The translations under genes and the position numbers were made by a program. From Fistulifera solaris (taxonomy: Eukaryota): DNA of 64,000 bases. Positions 62,362-64,000 of the stretch are shown here, in pieces (the first letter of the stretch is position 1; every line of letters begins with the position of its first letter). Location: positions 372,001 through 436,000 of the forward strand of contig AP026173.1 of the NCBI GenBank assembly GCA_030295235.1, read 5' to 3'. The notes below the pieces were generated by a model. The model worked only from the letters and a program-made list of their open reading frames with translations, was not told where the DNA came from and did no database searches.

Positions 62362-62951
62362 TTTGCTTCAAATCAAAAGCAAACAAGCTCAGGCTTTCGA
62401 ATGCGGGCACAAAAAATGTGTCAAAAGAGTTGCATTGCCTTAAGGCGAGAGGGAACCGAAAGCTTCGCTCGATCACTGCAACGAAAACACTCCGTCCGAA
62501 TGAATAGAAAACGAATGAGGCGTTTGTTGCTTTTCAAGGGAATAACCTGCAGTCTTTTTTAGAGTCTTTCGTGCGGGAGGCAGGGGGACACTGGCGAGAG
62601 GTGTACCCAGAACCAGAATAACCGTTCAATTTATGTAGGAAACGAAAATAATGATTCGTATTTAATGATTTAGTGCCACTGCGCGCTAGGTGGATACGCT
62701 CTTGTCCGTTGTCGGTTAATGGCGGTTATGCGTCGGTCGATGAAAGGAAAGGACGACCGCCATCGATGAAAGGCAAAACAGAAGCGTAATAACAACGACT
62801 CTATAAACATCTGTTGTTGCTTCTAATATACCAATTCAATCAATTCGCTACTTATGAAATAGGTGTATAAGCATTCATTCATCCAGATTTCTGCAGAAAA
62901 CTACTGGCTCTCGAGTACACGATCCGTATCGGAAGGAAAGGTGACCCGTTG

Positions 62952-64000
62952 ATGTTCGCCAGAGGTACTGCCATGCATTCGGCGCGCAAAGGCTCACCCA
63001 ATACCGGTAGTCACACGTCCGGTGATAAATTTGATCGCTTCGAGAAATGGTTGCGTGACAACGGTGCAAGATTCGATCAGGTAAGGGAAGCCGGCCATCC
63101 ATCAGTGAACACTCCATCGAACATCTTATCGCTGACTTTCGTTACTGTTGAATGATGTATGCAGCTTGAAATAAAAGTATACGATGATGGATCTTCATCG
63201 TCTCGTGGGAGAGGAGATGACAGCAACGAGGAGAAGAAAGACACGGTGACAAAGGACGATGGAGAAGAATCCGAAATGCGCGGAGTTCACGCTCTGTCTC
63301 ACATTCCTCCGAATACTCTCGTTATGACAATTCCGCGAAAATGTCTCATTACGGTCGAAATGGGCCAAGCTACACCAATAGGTCAAGCTATTCTCAATTC
63401 CGATCTGGACCTTGACGCGCCAAAACACATCTTCCTTATGGTCTACTTGTTGTGGGATCGGAAAGTGAATGGAACGAATTCCTTCTTTTATCCTTATTAC
63501 GAAGTCTTGCCGAAAACACTAAAAAATATGCCTATATTCTGGTCCATGGAAGAATTAGCCGAGTTAAATGGAAGCTATCTGCAGCAACAGATTGCGGATC
63601 GTAATCAAGCTATAGCGGAAGATTACCGTGCCATATGCGAAGTGGCACCTCAGATGCGCGAATTGGCCACGTTGGAGGAGTTTAAATGGGCACGCATGTG
63701 TGTCTGCTCGCGTAACTTTGGTCTACAAATTGATGGGCACCGCACGAGCGCCCTTGTTCCGCACGCCGACATGCTCAACCATTATCGTCCCCGTGAAACA
63801 AAGTGGACGTTTGACGAGGATCGACAAGCATTCACAATCACATCACTGCAACATATTGGGAAAGGCTCCCAAATTTATGACTCGTACGGACAAAAATGTA
63901 ATCATCGTTTTTTACTCAATTACGGCTTTGCTGTGGAAGACAACCGCGAACTGGATGGCTTCTGTCCCAATGAAGTCCCTTTGGAGCTTTATGTCTCTCC
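62952..64000 (+). CDS. SET-domain methyltransferase (SETD3/Rubisco-LSMT-like), truncated by the window end
   Basis: FEKWLRDNGA, intron 63081-63164, MRGVHA, IPRKCLIT, PYYEVLP, CSRNF, ALVPHADMLNH, SYGQKCNHRFLLNYGF. Confidence 0.9.

Noticed and set aside
62737..62773. TCGATGAAAGG direct repeat upstream of the SET gene
   Set aside because: Only two 11-nt copies; too little to interpret.
1..64000. tRNA, rRNA, snRNA genes, CRISPR arrays, hammerhead ribozymes
   Set aside because: No cloverleaf, rRNA-like tract, regular repeat-spacer array or complete hammerhead core was seen by eye. A covariance-model scan would be needed to exclude them fully.

Overview
Gene-dense eukaryotic DNA with short GT-AG introns (mostly 60-90 nt). 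Gene content and a bipartite plastid-targeting-like N-terminus point to a diatom or other stramenopile; this is an inference. About 24 host genes are recognisable, including NSDHL-like 3beta-HSD, DUF2358+SOUL, HOOK, FAM210, PDZ+HEAT, Ran, DHHC, TALE-homeobox+RING, SRAP/HMCES, FYV7, MTRR, UNC-93, OSCA/CSC1, S10 carboxypeptidase, a KH protein, RPB2, copper amine oxidase, two tandem DUF6604-like paralogs and a SET protein. Many genes carry single-base frameshifts, often in homopolymers, most likely long-read consensus errors. The accessory features are: (1) a near full-length CRE-clade non-LTR retrotransposon (RT + restriction-like endonuclease, 29-nt poly(A)) with an unusual N-terminal CXC domain; (2) an unexplained unit at about 0.3-2.5 kb encoding an acidic protein with a degenerate TALE homeodomain, followed by a compact structured motif resembling a circularly permuted twister ribozyme variant; (3) a ~2.7 kb low-GC gene-free island with degenerate flanking direct repeats (centromere candidate); (4) a recent 313-bp duplication upstream of the homeobox gene; (5) a perfect 19-bp inverted repeat. 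All family calls come from motif recognition by eye; no searches were run.
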